Origin: Akkermansiaceae bacterium | GTDB lineage: Bacteria > Verrucomicrobiota > Verrucomicrobiia > Verrucomicrobiales > Akkermansiaceae | DNA length: 44,220 nucleotides | Assembly (NCBI GenBank): GCA_049631945.1 | Contig: JBNABE010000001.1 | Span: 1-44,220, forward strand | Reading direction: 5' to 3' | Shown: positions 1-8,563 of the stretch, piece by piece | Layout: the number at the start of each line of letters is the position of its first letter | Numbering within the stretch: the first letter of the stretch is position 1 | The notes under the pieces: generated by a model | What the model saw: only the letters and a program-made list of their open reading frames with translations | What the model was told of the DNA's origin: nothing | The model's database searches: none | Program-made: the position numbers and the translations under genes

Positions 1-91
1 GTTCTTCAGTAAGTTGCTTCCTCGGAAGGTCTGGTTATCAAATGCCGTGACACAGGGCACTTCACGTTGTTGCGTAGTGCGCTCGAACTTC

Positions 92-181
92 GTTCTCATC
101 CTGTCGTCCCGAGACAAAAAAACGGAACCACCCAAAGGTGATTCCGTTTTTTTTAAATGGTCGGGACTACAGGATTCGAAC
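92..181. repeat. Imperfect inverted repeat pairing the tRNA-Pro 3' end with a downstream antisense copy
   Basis: GTTCTCATCCTGTCGTCCCGA (92-112) is the reverse complement of TCGGGACTACAGGATTCGAAC (161-181) at 18 of 21 positions; the two arms enclose the terminator hairpin. Confidence 0.75.
116..154 (-). terminator. Intrinsic terminator of tRNA-Pro (bidirectional form)
   Basis: A7-CGGAACCACC-CAAA-GGTGATTCCG-T8 hairpin immediately after the tRNA CCA end. Confidence 0.8.
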
Positions 182-234
182 CTGCGACCTCTTCACCCCC
201 AGCGAAGCGCGCTACCAAACTGCGCCAAGTCCCG
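158..234 (-). tRNA. tRNA-Pro (anticodon GGG)
   Basis: Reverse complement CGGGACTTGGCGCAGTTTGGTAGCGCGCTTCGCTGGGGGTGAAGAGGTCGCAGGTTCGAATCCTGTAGTCCCGACCA: 77 nt cloverleaf, GTTCGAATC T-loop, GGG anticodon, encoded CCA. Confidence 0.97.
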
Positions 235-279
235 ATGTTGTTTTGCCCTCAGATTCAATAGCTAAAGGCAAGGGGGCGC

Positions 280-308
280 AATTAACCCCATCACTTAGGA
301 GTTGGCAA
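280..308 (-). promoter_or_regulatory. Putative sigma70 promoter of tRNA-Pro
   Basis: Minus strand TTGCCA-17 nt-TTAATT followed by GC-rich discriminator GCGCCCCC, typical of stable RNA promoters. Confidence 0.45.
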
Positions 309-339
309 GCACGTATTTTCATGGCATTGCCAACTCCTC

Positions 340-1377
340 ATGAATCGTGCCAAAATAGCCGTTATCGGAGCCAGCGGTTACACGGGATTGGAACTCCTCC
401 GCTTACTTCTGACTCATCCACATGCCGAAATCGTGTGCGTCACCTCTCGCCAAAATGCAGGCAAGAGCATCGAAGATCTCTTTCCTCGATTCAGCGGTGC
501 TACCGCAGCGAAGCTGACATTTATCGATCCTGATCCAGAAGCCGTTGCCGCCAGTGGTGCAGAAATTGCTTTCCTGGCGCTCCCGCATGGAGTCGCTGCT
601 GGATACGCATCAAGCCTGCTTGAGAAAGGCCTGAAAATTGTAGATCTGAGTGCAGATTTTCGAATCGATGACAAAGAGGTCTACAAGGAATTTTACGATG
701 CAGATCATCCAGCACCTGAGCTTCTTTCTGAAGCAGTCTACGGGCTTCCAGAAGTGCACCGTGAGGCCATCGTAGGTGCGCGCCTGATTGCATCACCTGG
801 CTGCTACCCAACCAGCATTAGCCTTCCACTCATCCCTTTACTCAAAGAGAAGCTAATCGATCCTGCCAGTATTGTCACCTGCTCCATGTCAGGAGTCAGC
901 GGCGCTGGACGTAATGCGAGCCTGCCACTGATATTCTGCGAGGCCAATGAGAGCGCGCGTGCATACTCCGTACCTAAGCACCGTCACCTCTCCGAAATTG
1001 AGCAAGAGCTCAGCAAGGCGGCTCAACAACCCGTTGTGATTTCTTTCACTCCACACCTGATACCTGTTCACAATGGTATTTGCACCACTACCAGTGCCAC
1101 GCTCAATGCTGATCCCCAGCAGGTGCAGCAGGCACTCGAGCAGGCATATGGTGATGAGTTTTTTGTCCGGCTTCTAGGTAAAGGAGGCTGTGCCGACACA
1201 AAGAATGTCACTGGCACTAACTTTATTGATATTGGCTGGGACTACGATTCGCGTACTGGACGTGTATTGCTGCTCAGTGCTGAAGATAATCTCGGCAAGG
1301 GTGCTGCAGGTCAAGCAATCCAAAACTTCAATCTGATCTGTGCATTTCCTGAAACTGACGGGTTGCAAAATTTTTGA
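340..1377 (+). CDS. argC: N-acetyl-gamma-glutamyl-phosphate reductase
   Basis: GASGYTG Rossmann motif, IASPGCYPT catalytic Cys motif, SGVSGAG, HRHLSEI, DNLGKGAAGQA. Confidence 0.96.
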   Translation: MNRAKIAVIGASGYTGLELLRLLLTHPHAEIVCVTSRQNAGKSIEDLFPRFSGATAAKLTFIDPDPEAVAASGAEIAFLALPHGVAAGYASSLLEKGLKIVDLSADFRIDDKEVYKEFYDADHPAPELLSEAVYGLPEVHREAIVGARLIASPGCYPTSISLPLIPLLKEKLIDPASIVTCSMSGVSGAGRNASLPLIFCEANESARAYSVPKHRHLSEIEQELSKAAQQPVVISFTPHLIPVHNGICTTTSATLNADPQQVQQALEQAYGDEFFVRLLGKGGCADTKNVTGTNFIDIGWDYDSRTGRVLLLSAEDNLGKGAAGQAIQNFNLICAFPETDGLQNF

Positions 1378-1402
1378 ATTAGCGTCAGGCTAGAGGTTCG
1401 TC

Positions 1403-2656
1403 ATGGCTGCTAACATCAAGAGAATCAAAAAGGGAGTCTGCGCCCCTCGAGGGTTTCAGGCGTCTGCTGTTAGTGCTGGCATTAAAAATCCAGACGACCC
1501 CAGACTCGATCTAGCACTAATCTACTCAAAGCACCCATGCACTGCAGCAGGTGCTTTCACCACCAATCAAGTCAAGGCGGCACCCGTCAAGGTATCCCAA
1601 GCGTATTTAAAAGCGGACAAGGTGCAGGCTATTGTCGCCAATAGCGGTAATGCCAATGCGTGCACAGGTGTAGAAGGTATCAGTGATGCTCGCAAGACAT
1701 GCAAGCTTGTCGCCAAGGGTCTTGGACTTAGACAGCGTCAAGTCGCCATCTGCTCAACTGGGGTGATTGGGCTACCCATGCCGATGATGCGTATTGAGCC
1801 AAAAATAGATGATCTTGTTACTAGCCTAGATATTAACAAAGGAGAAGACGTCGCTCGTGCTATTATGACCAGTGACACCTGCAAAAAGGAAATCGCAGTT
1901 TCGCTCGAAATCGGAGATCATCGTGTCCGCATTGGTGCCTGCGCCAAGGGAGCGGGCATGATTTGCCCAAGCATGGCTACCATGCTCTGCTTTATAACGA
2001 CTGATGCTAAGATAAGTGCCGCATGTTTCCAAAAGTCACTGCTCGAGGCCGCCGATGCCTCGTTCAATCGCATCACCATCGATGGTGACATGAGCACCAA
2101 TGATACTGTCATTGGCTTAGCCAATGGGCAGAGCGGCATGCCATCCATCAAGCGTAACAGCAAAGAATGTCGCCTGTTTCGTGAAGCCCTCCAATACGTC
2201 ATGCTTGAAATGGCTAAAGCCCTAGTCCGCGATGGCGAGCGTGTCACCAAATTTGTCACCGTCGAAGTCAAAGGCGCGCGGACTTACTTGGACGCGCGAA
2301 AAGTAGCCGAGGCTGTGGCAAATTCCGCACTCGTTAAGAGCTCATGGAATGGCAATGATCCTAACTGGGGCCGTATTATTCATGCCGTGGGTTACGCTCA
2401 GGCTATGGTAAGGGAAGAGCTCATAGATATTCACATCAATGGCAAAGCCGCCTGTCTAGGTGGCTTACAGGCCAAAACCTCAATGCACACCCTTCGCAAA
2501 ATTGTGGCAAAAGATGCGTTTACGATTACCATCAACCTGCACCTTGGTAAAGCCGAGTACGAAGTTTACTCGAGTGATCTATCTCCGGAGTATATCGACT
2601 TCAATCGCTCTGAGTATGCCTACTGGAAACAGGCGCGTAAAGACGGACTGACCTGA
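1403..2656 (+). CDS. argJ: Ornithine acetyltransferase / N-acetylglutamate synthase
   Basis: NSGNANACTG, STGVIG, KGAGMICPSMATML autoproteolysis site, DGDMSTND, DPNWGRI. Confidence 0.96.
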   Translation: MAANIKRIKKGVCAPRGFQASAVSAGIKNPDDPRLDLALIYSKHPCTAAGAFTTNQVKAAPVKVSQAYLKADKVQAIVANSGNANACTGVEGISDARKTCKLVAKGLGLRQRQVAICSTGVIGLPMPMMRIEPKIDDLVTSLDINKGEDVARAIMTSDTCKKEIAVSLEIGDHRVRIGACAKGAGMICPSMATMLCFITTDAKISAACFQKSLLEAADASFNRITIDGDMSTNDTVIGLANGQSGMPSIKRNSKECRLFREALQYVMLEMAKALVRDGERVTKFVTVEVKGARTYLDARKVAEAVANSALVKSSWNGNDPNWGRIIHAVGYAQAMVREELIDIHINGKAACLGGLQAKTSMHTLRKIVAKDAFTITINLHLGKAEYEVYSSDLSPEYIDFNRSEYAYWKQARKDGLT

Positions 2657-2667
2657 TAAACAGGCCT

Positions 2668-3714
2668 TCACATCTTAGTCTCTTCTTTGGTTGAGCGCAG
2701 ACGAATAGTCTTGGTACTCAAGTCGTGATGTGCTTCGACAAACCGAACCGTCTTGCTCTTGATGCGCATCAATACTGAATGAGTCACCGCGGTCTTGCCC
2801 TCAATGTGTACGCCTTGTAACAATGGGCTTGGACTAATGCCCGTAGCGCAGAAGATGATGTTATTGCCAGACGCCAAATCCTTGGACCTGAAAACACGAT
2901 CCAACTGATCACCCCAACCATCTTTGATGAGCTGTTGTTTCTCAGCTTCATCCGCAGGCCATATTTTAGCCTGCTGACCTCCGCCTAAGCACCTCTGGCC
3001 AGCTGCTGAAAGCACTGCTTCTGGTGCTCCTCCAATACCAGCATAAAGATCCACGTCGGTGCTCGATAACGATGGCGCCATGGCTGCAGTGATATCACCA
3101 TCAGCAATCATGCGCAATTTACTGCCAAGGCTTCTCACTTGCTCGATAATATACTCATTACGCGGGCGATCCAAAACCATTACCGTTACGTCGCGAACGT
3201 TCTTACCAAGTAACTTTGCTGAAACTTTGATGACCTCAGAGATAGGGGCCTCAACACTGATAGGTAACGAAGGATCTTTGATCCATGCCTGCCTAACCAC
3301 CTCCGGATAGGCTAGCTTATTCATATAAAAGGCGGGTATCTCTTGCAGTGCGCAATCCTCGCCATCTTCAGGAATAGCAGCAGCAATGCAGCTGATTGAG
3401 TTAGGCATTCCTTTGGATACGTTTGTCGTACCATCAACTGGATCAAGCGCTACGTCAAAACGAGGACTTCCTTCAGCCCAAGTACCTACCTTCTCACCTA
3501 TAAACAAACCTGGCGCCTCGTCCTTGATCCCCTCGCCTATGACGATCTCTCCTTTAATGTCCATGAGATCGAACATTCCGCGAATCGCATCGCATGCAGC
3601 GTAATCTGCAGCTTCCTTATCTCCGCGCCCCATCCAATGGGAACTGTGCAGGGCCGCATTCTCTGTGGCTCTTAGAAACTCAAGTTCGATCACACGTTCT
3701 TCGTCTTTATGCAT
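2668..3714 (-). CDS. glpX: Class II fructose-1,6-bisphosphatase
   Basis: VIGEG, DPVDGT, LDRPRN, DGDI, GIGGAPE, FCATGI motifs. Confidence 0.93.
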   Translation of the reverse strand: MHKDEERVIELEFLRATENAALHSSHWMGRGDKEAADYAACDAIRGMFDLMDIKGEIVIGEGIKDEAPGLFIGEKVGTWAEGSPRFDVALDPVDGTTNVSKGMPNSISCIAAAIPEDGEDCALQEIPAFYMNKLAYPEVVRQAWIKDPSLPISVEAPISEVIKVSAKLLGKNVRDVTVMVLDRPRNEYIIEQVRSLGSKLRMIADGDITAAMAPSLSSTDVDLYAGIGGAPEAVLSAAGQRCLGGGQQAKIWPADEAEKQQLIKDGWGDQLDRVFRSKDLASGNNIIFCATGISPSPLLQGVHIEGKTAVTHSVLMRIKSKTVRFVEAHHDLSTKTIRLRSTKEETKM

Positions 3715-3853
3715 TTACTTTCCCTACACAAAAAAACACAGAGTGTCACCGATAAGAATCAAAAAAAATACAGGATGCCCAACTGAACACAATCTTTCCA
3801 CCACTCCCTCCTTGACTCAGCACGGCGTATTCATGATGTTTGCTTTCAGCACT

Positions 3854-4588
3854 ATGAGTAGTTCCAACAATGCCCGTTCCTTCAAGCGTGTGATTTTAAA
3901 ACTCAGCGGCGAAGCCCTGAGAGAGCCCGGAAGCCAAGACAATATCTCGCCAGAGATTGTCGAACGTGTTGCTAAGGAAATCAGTAAAACTGCCTCCAGC
4001 GGCATCGAAATTGGAGTGGTCTGTGGTGGTGGCAATTTCTGGCGTGGGGCCAGTGCAAGTGCCCGCGGTATGGATAGAGCTACGGCAGACTACGTTGGCA
4101 TGATGGCCACTGTAATGAACGCGCTGGCTCTTCAGAGCGCCCTCGAAGCTGAAGGGGTTCAATGTGTTGTGCAGTCTGCTATCGAAATGAAAAACGTGGC
4201 TGAGCCATTTATTCGCCGCAAAGCCAACAGATTACTTAGCGAAGGTAATGTAGTTATTTTTGCCGCCGGCACGGGTAGCCCCTTTTTCTCGACAGACACC
4301 ACATCTGCACTGCGAGCCAGTGAAACCGGAGCTGATGCCATCATGAAGGCGACCATGGTGGATGGAGTTTACTGCTCTGACCCCAAGAAAAATCCAGATG
4401 CCCAGCGCTATGAAACCGTCACCTTCCAAGACTGTCTCAGCCAGAACTTGAAAGTCATGGACTCCACAGCTTTCACTCTTTGTATGGATAACGACATTCC
4501 CATCATTGTATTCGATATCGGCGGCAACGGTAATATCACCAAGGCCTTGTCCGGCGAAGATATTGGCACCATCGTCTACAAAGGCTAA
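3854..4588 (+). CDS. pyrH: UMP kinase
   Basis: KRVILKLSGEAL, GGGNFWRG, DYVGMMATVMN, PFFSTDT; start reassigned to ATG 3854 (MSSSNNAR). Confidence 0.96.
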   Translation: MSSSNNARSFKRVILKLSGEALREPGSQDNISPEIVERVAKEISKTASSGIEIGVVCGGGNFWRGASASARGMDRATADYVGMMATVMNALALQSALEAEGVQCVVQSAIEMKNVAEPFIRRKANRLLSEGNVVIFAAGTGSPFFSTDTTSALRASETGADAIMKATMVDGVYCSDPKKNPDAQRYETVTFQDCLSQNLKVMDSTAFTLCMDNDIPIIVFDIGGNGNITKALSGEDIGTIVYKG

Positions 4589-4616
4589 TCACCATTTAAC
4601 ACATACTACTCTCATT

Positions 4617-5183
4617 ATGGAACCAACCGAAGCACTCAATAATACTCAAGACAGCATGCAAAAGGCAGTCGAATATGCTGTTCACGAATTCGCGGCAATC
4701 CGCACAGGGAAAGCTAGCCCCGCATTAGTCGAGAACATCGATGTCAGTGTGCCCAGCTATGGTAGTAACATGAAAGTCAAAGCACTTGCTGTTATCACCG
4801 TGCCAGAACCACGCATGATCATGGTTCAGCCGTTTGATCCATCAACTACGGGTGATATTGAAAAAGCCATTTTGGAGAGTAATACTGGTCTCAACCCAGC
4901 CAACGAGGGTAAGCACCTCCGCATCCCCGTCCCTGAGCTGTCTGAGGAACGTCGTCGCGACATGGTCAAAATGGTCAAAACACAAGCTGAGGAGGCTCGT
5001 GTTCGTGTCCGCTCATGCCGCAAGGACGGAATGGATGCCGCAAAGAAAATGAAAGCGGAAAACGCACTCACTGAAGATGGTATGCACGACTTTGAACAAG
5101 ATATTCAAGAACTCACGAACAAGTTCATCAAGGAGATCGACGAACATCTCGCTGCGAAGGAAACCGAGCTGATGACCGTCTAG
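4617..5183 (+). CDS. frr: Ribosome recycling factor
   Basis: IRTGKASP, LNP, P.LSEERRRDMVK; follows pyrH; start reassigned to ATG 4617. Confidence 0.95.
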   Translation: MEPTEALNNTQDSMQKAVEYAVHEFAAIRTGKASPALVENIDVSVPSYGSNMKVKALAVITVPEPRMIMVQPFDPSTTGDIEKAILESNTGLNPANEGKHLRIPVPELSEERRRDMVKMVKTQAEEARVRVRSCRKDGMDAAKKMKAENALTEDGMHDFEQDIQELTNKFIKEIDEHLAAKETELMTV

Positions 5184-5195
5184 ACTCGCGCTCCT

Positions 5196-6143
5196 CTATG
5201 CGCTCACCACATTTTCTGGTGCCCCTGCCTTGAATGCTTCGATATTGCCAGCCACGCCATCAAGGAGCTTGCGGCGTGATTCAATTGAAGCCCATGCGGT
5301 GTGTGGCGTGACCACAAGGTTTGTCAGAGTTCGGTCGAGTAGCACATGATCGGCTTGCGGTGGCTCTACCGTGAGAACATCTAAACCAGCTCCTGCAATG
5401 CTACCTTTTTTTAAGGCCAAAGCTAGGTCATCCTCATCAACCAACTGACCACGACCGGTATTGATCAAGAAGGCGCTCGTCTTCATCATATCAAGTGTCT
5501 CGCTATTGATTATTTTCTCCGTGTGTGGGGTCAGCGGGCAGTGAAGTGTAACGACATCAGCTTGAGCAAAAAAGACATCTTCTTGTAAACGCTCAATTTC
5601 ACCTTGCTGTGCTCCATCTCGGGCCAGAGCAATCACTTTCATGCCAAATCCCTGTGCAGCTCTTGCCACTGACTTTCCAATTGTTCCCAGACCGATAATG
5701 CCCAAAGTCTTGCCTGCCAAATCGACTATCGGATGATCCAAGCGGGTAAAAATCGGAGACTGCGCCCATTGAGCTGATTCACCAGCGTAACGATGCATGC
5801 CGGTGGCGAGATTAACCAACAGCCCAAAGGTGTGTTGAGTCACACTCGCGGTAGAATAGCCCGCCACATTGCATACTACTACTCCTGCGTCCTTTGCTGC
5901 AGCTAAATCGACACAGTTAGTTCCTGTCGCAGCGATGCAGATAAGCCTCAGATCCGGTGCTTTTTGCAGAGCCTCGGCATCAATAACCACTTTGTTGGTT
6001 ATCGCGATACTCGTCTGCTGCAACCTATTCTCTAGCTGCTCAGGAGATGTCGTTGGATAGACCTTAAGCTCACCATGAAGGGCGAGCGGACTTAGGTCAA
6101 CATCTCCAACAGTGGAAGCGTCAAGAAAGCTAATATCATGCAT
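5196..6143 (-). CDS. D-2-hydroxyacid dehydrogenase (glycerate dehydrogenase / hydroxypyruvate reductase-like)
   Basis: TNKVVI, ATGTNCVD, GLGTIG, LHCPLT, INTGRG, LDVLTVEPP, TPHTAW motifs. Confidence 0.88.
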   Translation of the reverse strand: MHDISFLDASTVGDVDLSPLALHGELKVYPTTSPEQLENRLQQTSIAITNKVVIDAEALQKAPDLRLICIAATGTNCVDLAAAKDAGVVVCNVAGYSTASVTQHTFGLLVNLATGMHRYAGESAQWAQSPIFTRLDHPIVDLAGKTLGIIGLGTIGKSVARAAQGFGMKVIALARDGAQQGEIERLQEDVFFAQADVVTLHCPLTPHTEKIINSETLDMMKTSAFLINTGRGQLVDEDDLALALKKGSIAGAGLDVLTVEPPQADHVLLDRTLTNLVVTPHTAWASIESRRKLLDGVAGNIEAFKAGAPENVVSA

Positions 6144-6289
6144 ACACAATCTTTTATGATAAAATCATGCTGATACCAGTGAATATTGATACAACCGCAT
6201 CAACATAGCCACTATTTCAGCACAAAACTCACGGCCATATAACAGCGCAAATGCTTGTCAACGTGCTTTTTATATCCTATCTCCAATGA

Positions 6290-7603
6290 ATGTCTGCTGA
6301 GATGGAACACACAGTCGCCTCGAGTGCTACGCTAGAGGGCACCTCTCTCCACACGGGAGAAAAAGTAAGCCTGACCTTAAAGCCTGCTCCGGCAGGACAC
6401 GGTTTTAAATTTCGTCGTATCGACCTCGATGACCAGCCCTTCATCGATGCTGATGTCGCCAAGGTGCAAACCGTCGAGCGCGCAACCACTCTTGCAGAGG
6501 GATCGGTCAAAGTTCACACTGTTGAGCACATTCTATCGGCCCTTTGCGGTATGGGTGTGGATAATGCCATCATCGAAATGGATGCCAACGAGCCTCCCAT
6601 TGGTGATGGCTCATCCAAGCCCTATGTCGAGCTCATCAAACAAGCAGGTATCGAAGCTCAGGACAAACATCGCAAGGTATATGAAATTCGCGAACCAATT
6701 CATATGGAGACCAAAGGTGGATCATTAATCACCATCGTTCCTGACAAAAAATTTAGAGTATCCTGTACGAATATCGGGCCAGAGGGTCGCTTTACACAGT
6801 ATTTCTCCAGCGAGGTCACCCCTGAGCTCTACGAATCAGAAATAGCACCTGCACGCACCTTTGTTTACTACGAAGACGTAAAGCCACTGCTCGACAAAGG
6901 TCTCATCAAAGGTGGCAGTCTAGAAAACGCAGTCGTCGTGCGTGGGGACGAGGTGATGAGCAAAGAGCCGATGCGCTTTGACAATGAATTTGCCCGGCAC
7001 AAAGCCCTCGATGTCGTAGGAGATCTTATGCTCAGCGGCAAGCGCATCATGGGACACGTAATCTGCGTAAGACCGGGACACGGTCCTAATACTCAAATGG
7101 CCGCGACTCTGAAAGAGGAGTATCTCCGTATGCGCACCATGGTGCCACCTCTGAAAATCCCTGAGGGTGAAGGTGTGCTCGACATCAACGAGGTTATGCA
7201 AATTCTGCCTCATCGTTATCCATTCCTGATGCTAGATCGAGTGGTCGACTTCGAGGGAGACAGTAAGTGCACCGGAGTCAAGAACGTGACCATCAACGAG
7301 CCGTTCTTCCAAGGACATTTCCCGGGCCACCCTGTTATGCCAGGCGTGCTTCAAGTCGAAGCAATGGCACAGGTTGCTTCTATTCTGCTACTGCGCAAAC
7401 CAGAGAATCAAGGTAAAATCGGCTACTTCATGAGTGTCGACAAGGTCAAGTGGCGTCGCCCAGTACTACCAGGAGACACCTTATTTATTGAGGCTGAGAT
7501 CCTTAAAGTTCGTCGTAACATCGGTTCTGCCGTATGTCGTTGTATCGTAAATGGCGAGGTAGCATCCTCTGGCGAACTGAAATTCGCCTTACTCGATAAC
7601 TAA
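6290..7603 (+). CDS. lpxC-fabZ: Bifunctional UDP-3-O-acyl-GlcNAc deacetylase / 3-hydroxyacyl-ACP dehydratase
   Basis: LpxC motifs TVEHILSA, PIGDGSS, ARTF, HKALDVVGD, GHGPN, followed by FabZ motifs LPHRYPFLMLDRV and FFQGHFPGHPVMPGVLQVEAMAQ. Confidence 0.95.
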   Translation: MSAEMEHTVASSATLEGTSLHTGEKVSLTLKPAPAGHGFKFRRIDLDDQPFIDADVAKVQTVERATTLAEGSVKVHTVEHILSALCGMGVDNAIIEMDANEPPIGDGSSKPYVELIKQAGIEAQDKHRKVYEIREPIHMETKGGSLITIVPDKKFRVSCTNIGPEGRFTQYFSSEVTPELYESEIAPARTFVYYEDVKPLLDKGLIKGGSLENAVVVRGDEVMSKEPMRFDNEFARHKALDVVGDLMLSGKRIMGHVICVRPGHGPNTQMAATLKEEYLRMRTMVPPLKIPEGEGVLDINEVMQILPHRYPFLMLDRVVDFEGDSKCTGVKNVTINEPFFQGHFPGHPVMPGVLQVEAMAQVASILLLRKPENQGKIGYFMSVDKVKWRRPVLPGDTLFIEAEILKVRRNIGSAVCRCIVNGEVASSGELKFALLDN

Positions 7604-7629
7604 GCTTACGCTCAGAAGATTACGCCCCG

Positions 7630-8415
7630 ATGTCAGATTCCCTGATTCACCCTACAGCGGTCATTGACTCATCAGCCGAGCTTGCTGAGGGAGTCAGTGT
7701 TGGCCCTTATTCGGTAATCGGTGCCAATGTAAACATCGGAGCAGGCAGTGTGCTAAAATCACATGTCGTTATTGAGGGACATACCACCATTGGTGAGAAC
7801 AATACCTTTTTCCCCTTCTCGGCTATTGGTCAAATCACTCAAGATCTCAAGTATGTCGGAGAGCCTACCGCATTAATCATTGGTGACAACAACACCTTCC
7901 GTGAGAATACCACCATACATCGTGGCACGACTGAAGAAGTGCCCACACGTATTGGTGATCACAACCTGTTCCTCTCCTACTCACACGTCGCTCACGATTG
8001 CCAGGTAGGCAACCACTGTATTTTATCCAACAACGGCACCCTTGGCGGGCATTGCCAAGTTGGAGACCACGCGATTATCTCTGGGCTATCTGGAGCTCAT
8101 CAGTTTTGTCGAATTGGCGAACACTCCTTGGTAGGCGGTTGTACCAAAATTGTCCAGGATGTACCACCATTTACGATTGTCGATGGAAGCCCTGCCGCTG
8201 TCAGAGGCCTCAATTTAGTGGGCTTGCAACGAAGAGGTTTTGACGAGATCACTCGCCGCGCATTGAAACGAGCCTATAAGAAGCTCTTCCTCAGCAAGAA
8301 AGTAAATCTCGCCCAGCTTACGGAAGAGTTAGCCGATTCCGATTTGGCAGAGGATGTCAACGTCACCCGACTCATTGAATTCATCCGCAGTAGTAATCGC
8401 GGAGTCATTCGCTAA
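7630..8415 (+). CDS. lpxA: Acyl-ACP--UDP-N-acetylglucosamine O-acyltransferase
   Basis: Hexapeptide repeats, QDLKY, TIHRGT, HVAHDC, HQFCRIG, QDVPPF, LNLVGLQRRGF. Confidence 0.96.
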   Translation: MSDSLIHPTAVIDSSAELAEGVSVGPYSVIGANVNIGAGSVLKSHVVIEGHTTIGENNTFFPFSAIGQITQDLKYVGEPTALIIGDNNTFRENTTIHRGTTEEVPTRIGDHNLFLSYSHVAHDCQVGNHCILSNNGTLGGHCQVGDHAIISGLSGAHQFCRIGEHSLVGGCTKIVQDVPPFTIVDGSPAAVRGLNLVGLQRRGFDEITRRALKRAYKKLFLSKKVNLAQLTEELADSDLAEDVNVTRLIEFIRSSNRGVIR

Positions 8416-8503
8416 CATAATCTCCCTGTGCAATCTGAGCATAGCGTCGCTACGGTCAGTCTCAGCTTATTAACGAGAATACTTTTTTCTGTAAGCTGAA
8501 GTG

Positions 8504-8542
8504 AAAAAACCCTCCAGCACACATTCGCACTGGAGGGCTTTT
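8504..8542 (-). terminator. Intrinsic terminator between convergent lpxA and nrdA
   Basis: AAAAAA-CCCTCCAG ... CTGGAGGG-CTTTT hairpin, with a U-tract on the minus strand. Confidence 0.75.
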
Positions 8543-8563
8543 ACTATGAACAAATGACAATTG

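Noticed and set aside
1-99. Open minus-strand frame [10 protein letters not shown]... running off the window
   Set aside because: It starts inside the tRNA-associated hairpins, no family is recognisable, and too little is visible to call.
92-112. Possible prophage or island att site at tRNA-Pro
   Set aside because: The copy is inverted rather than direct, and there is no integrase in the window.
14-533. ORFs 14..265 and 138..533
   Set aside because: They are antisense to tRNA-Pro or overlap argC out of frame, with no recognisable motifs.
6290-7603. LpxC-FabZ fusion as a novelty
   Set aside because: This fusion is already known, for example in Bacteroidota.
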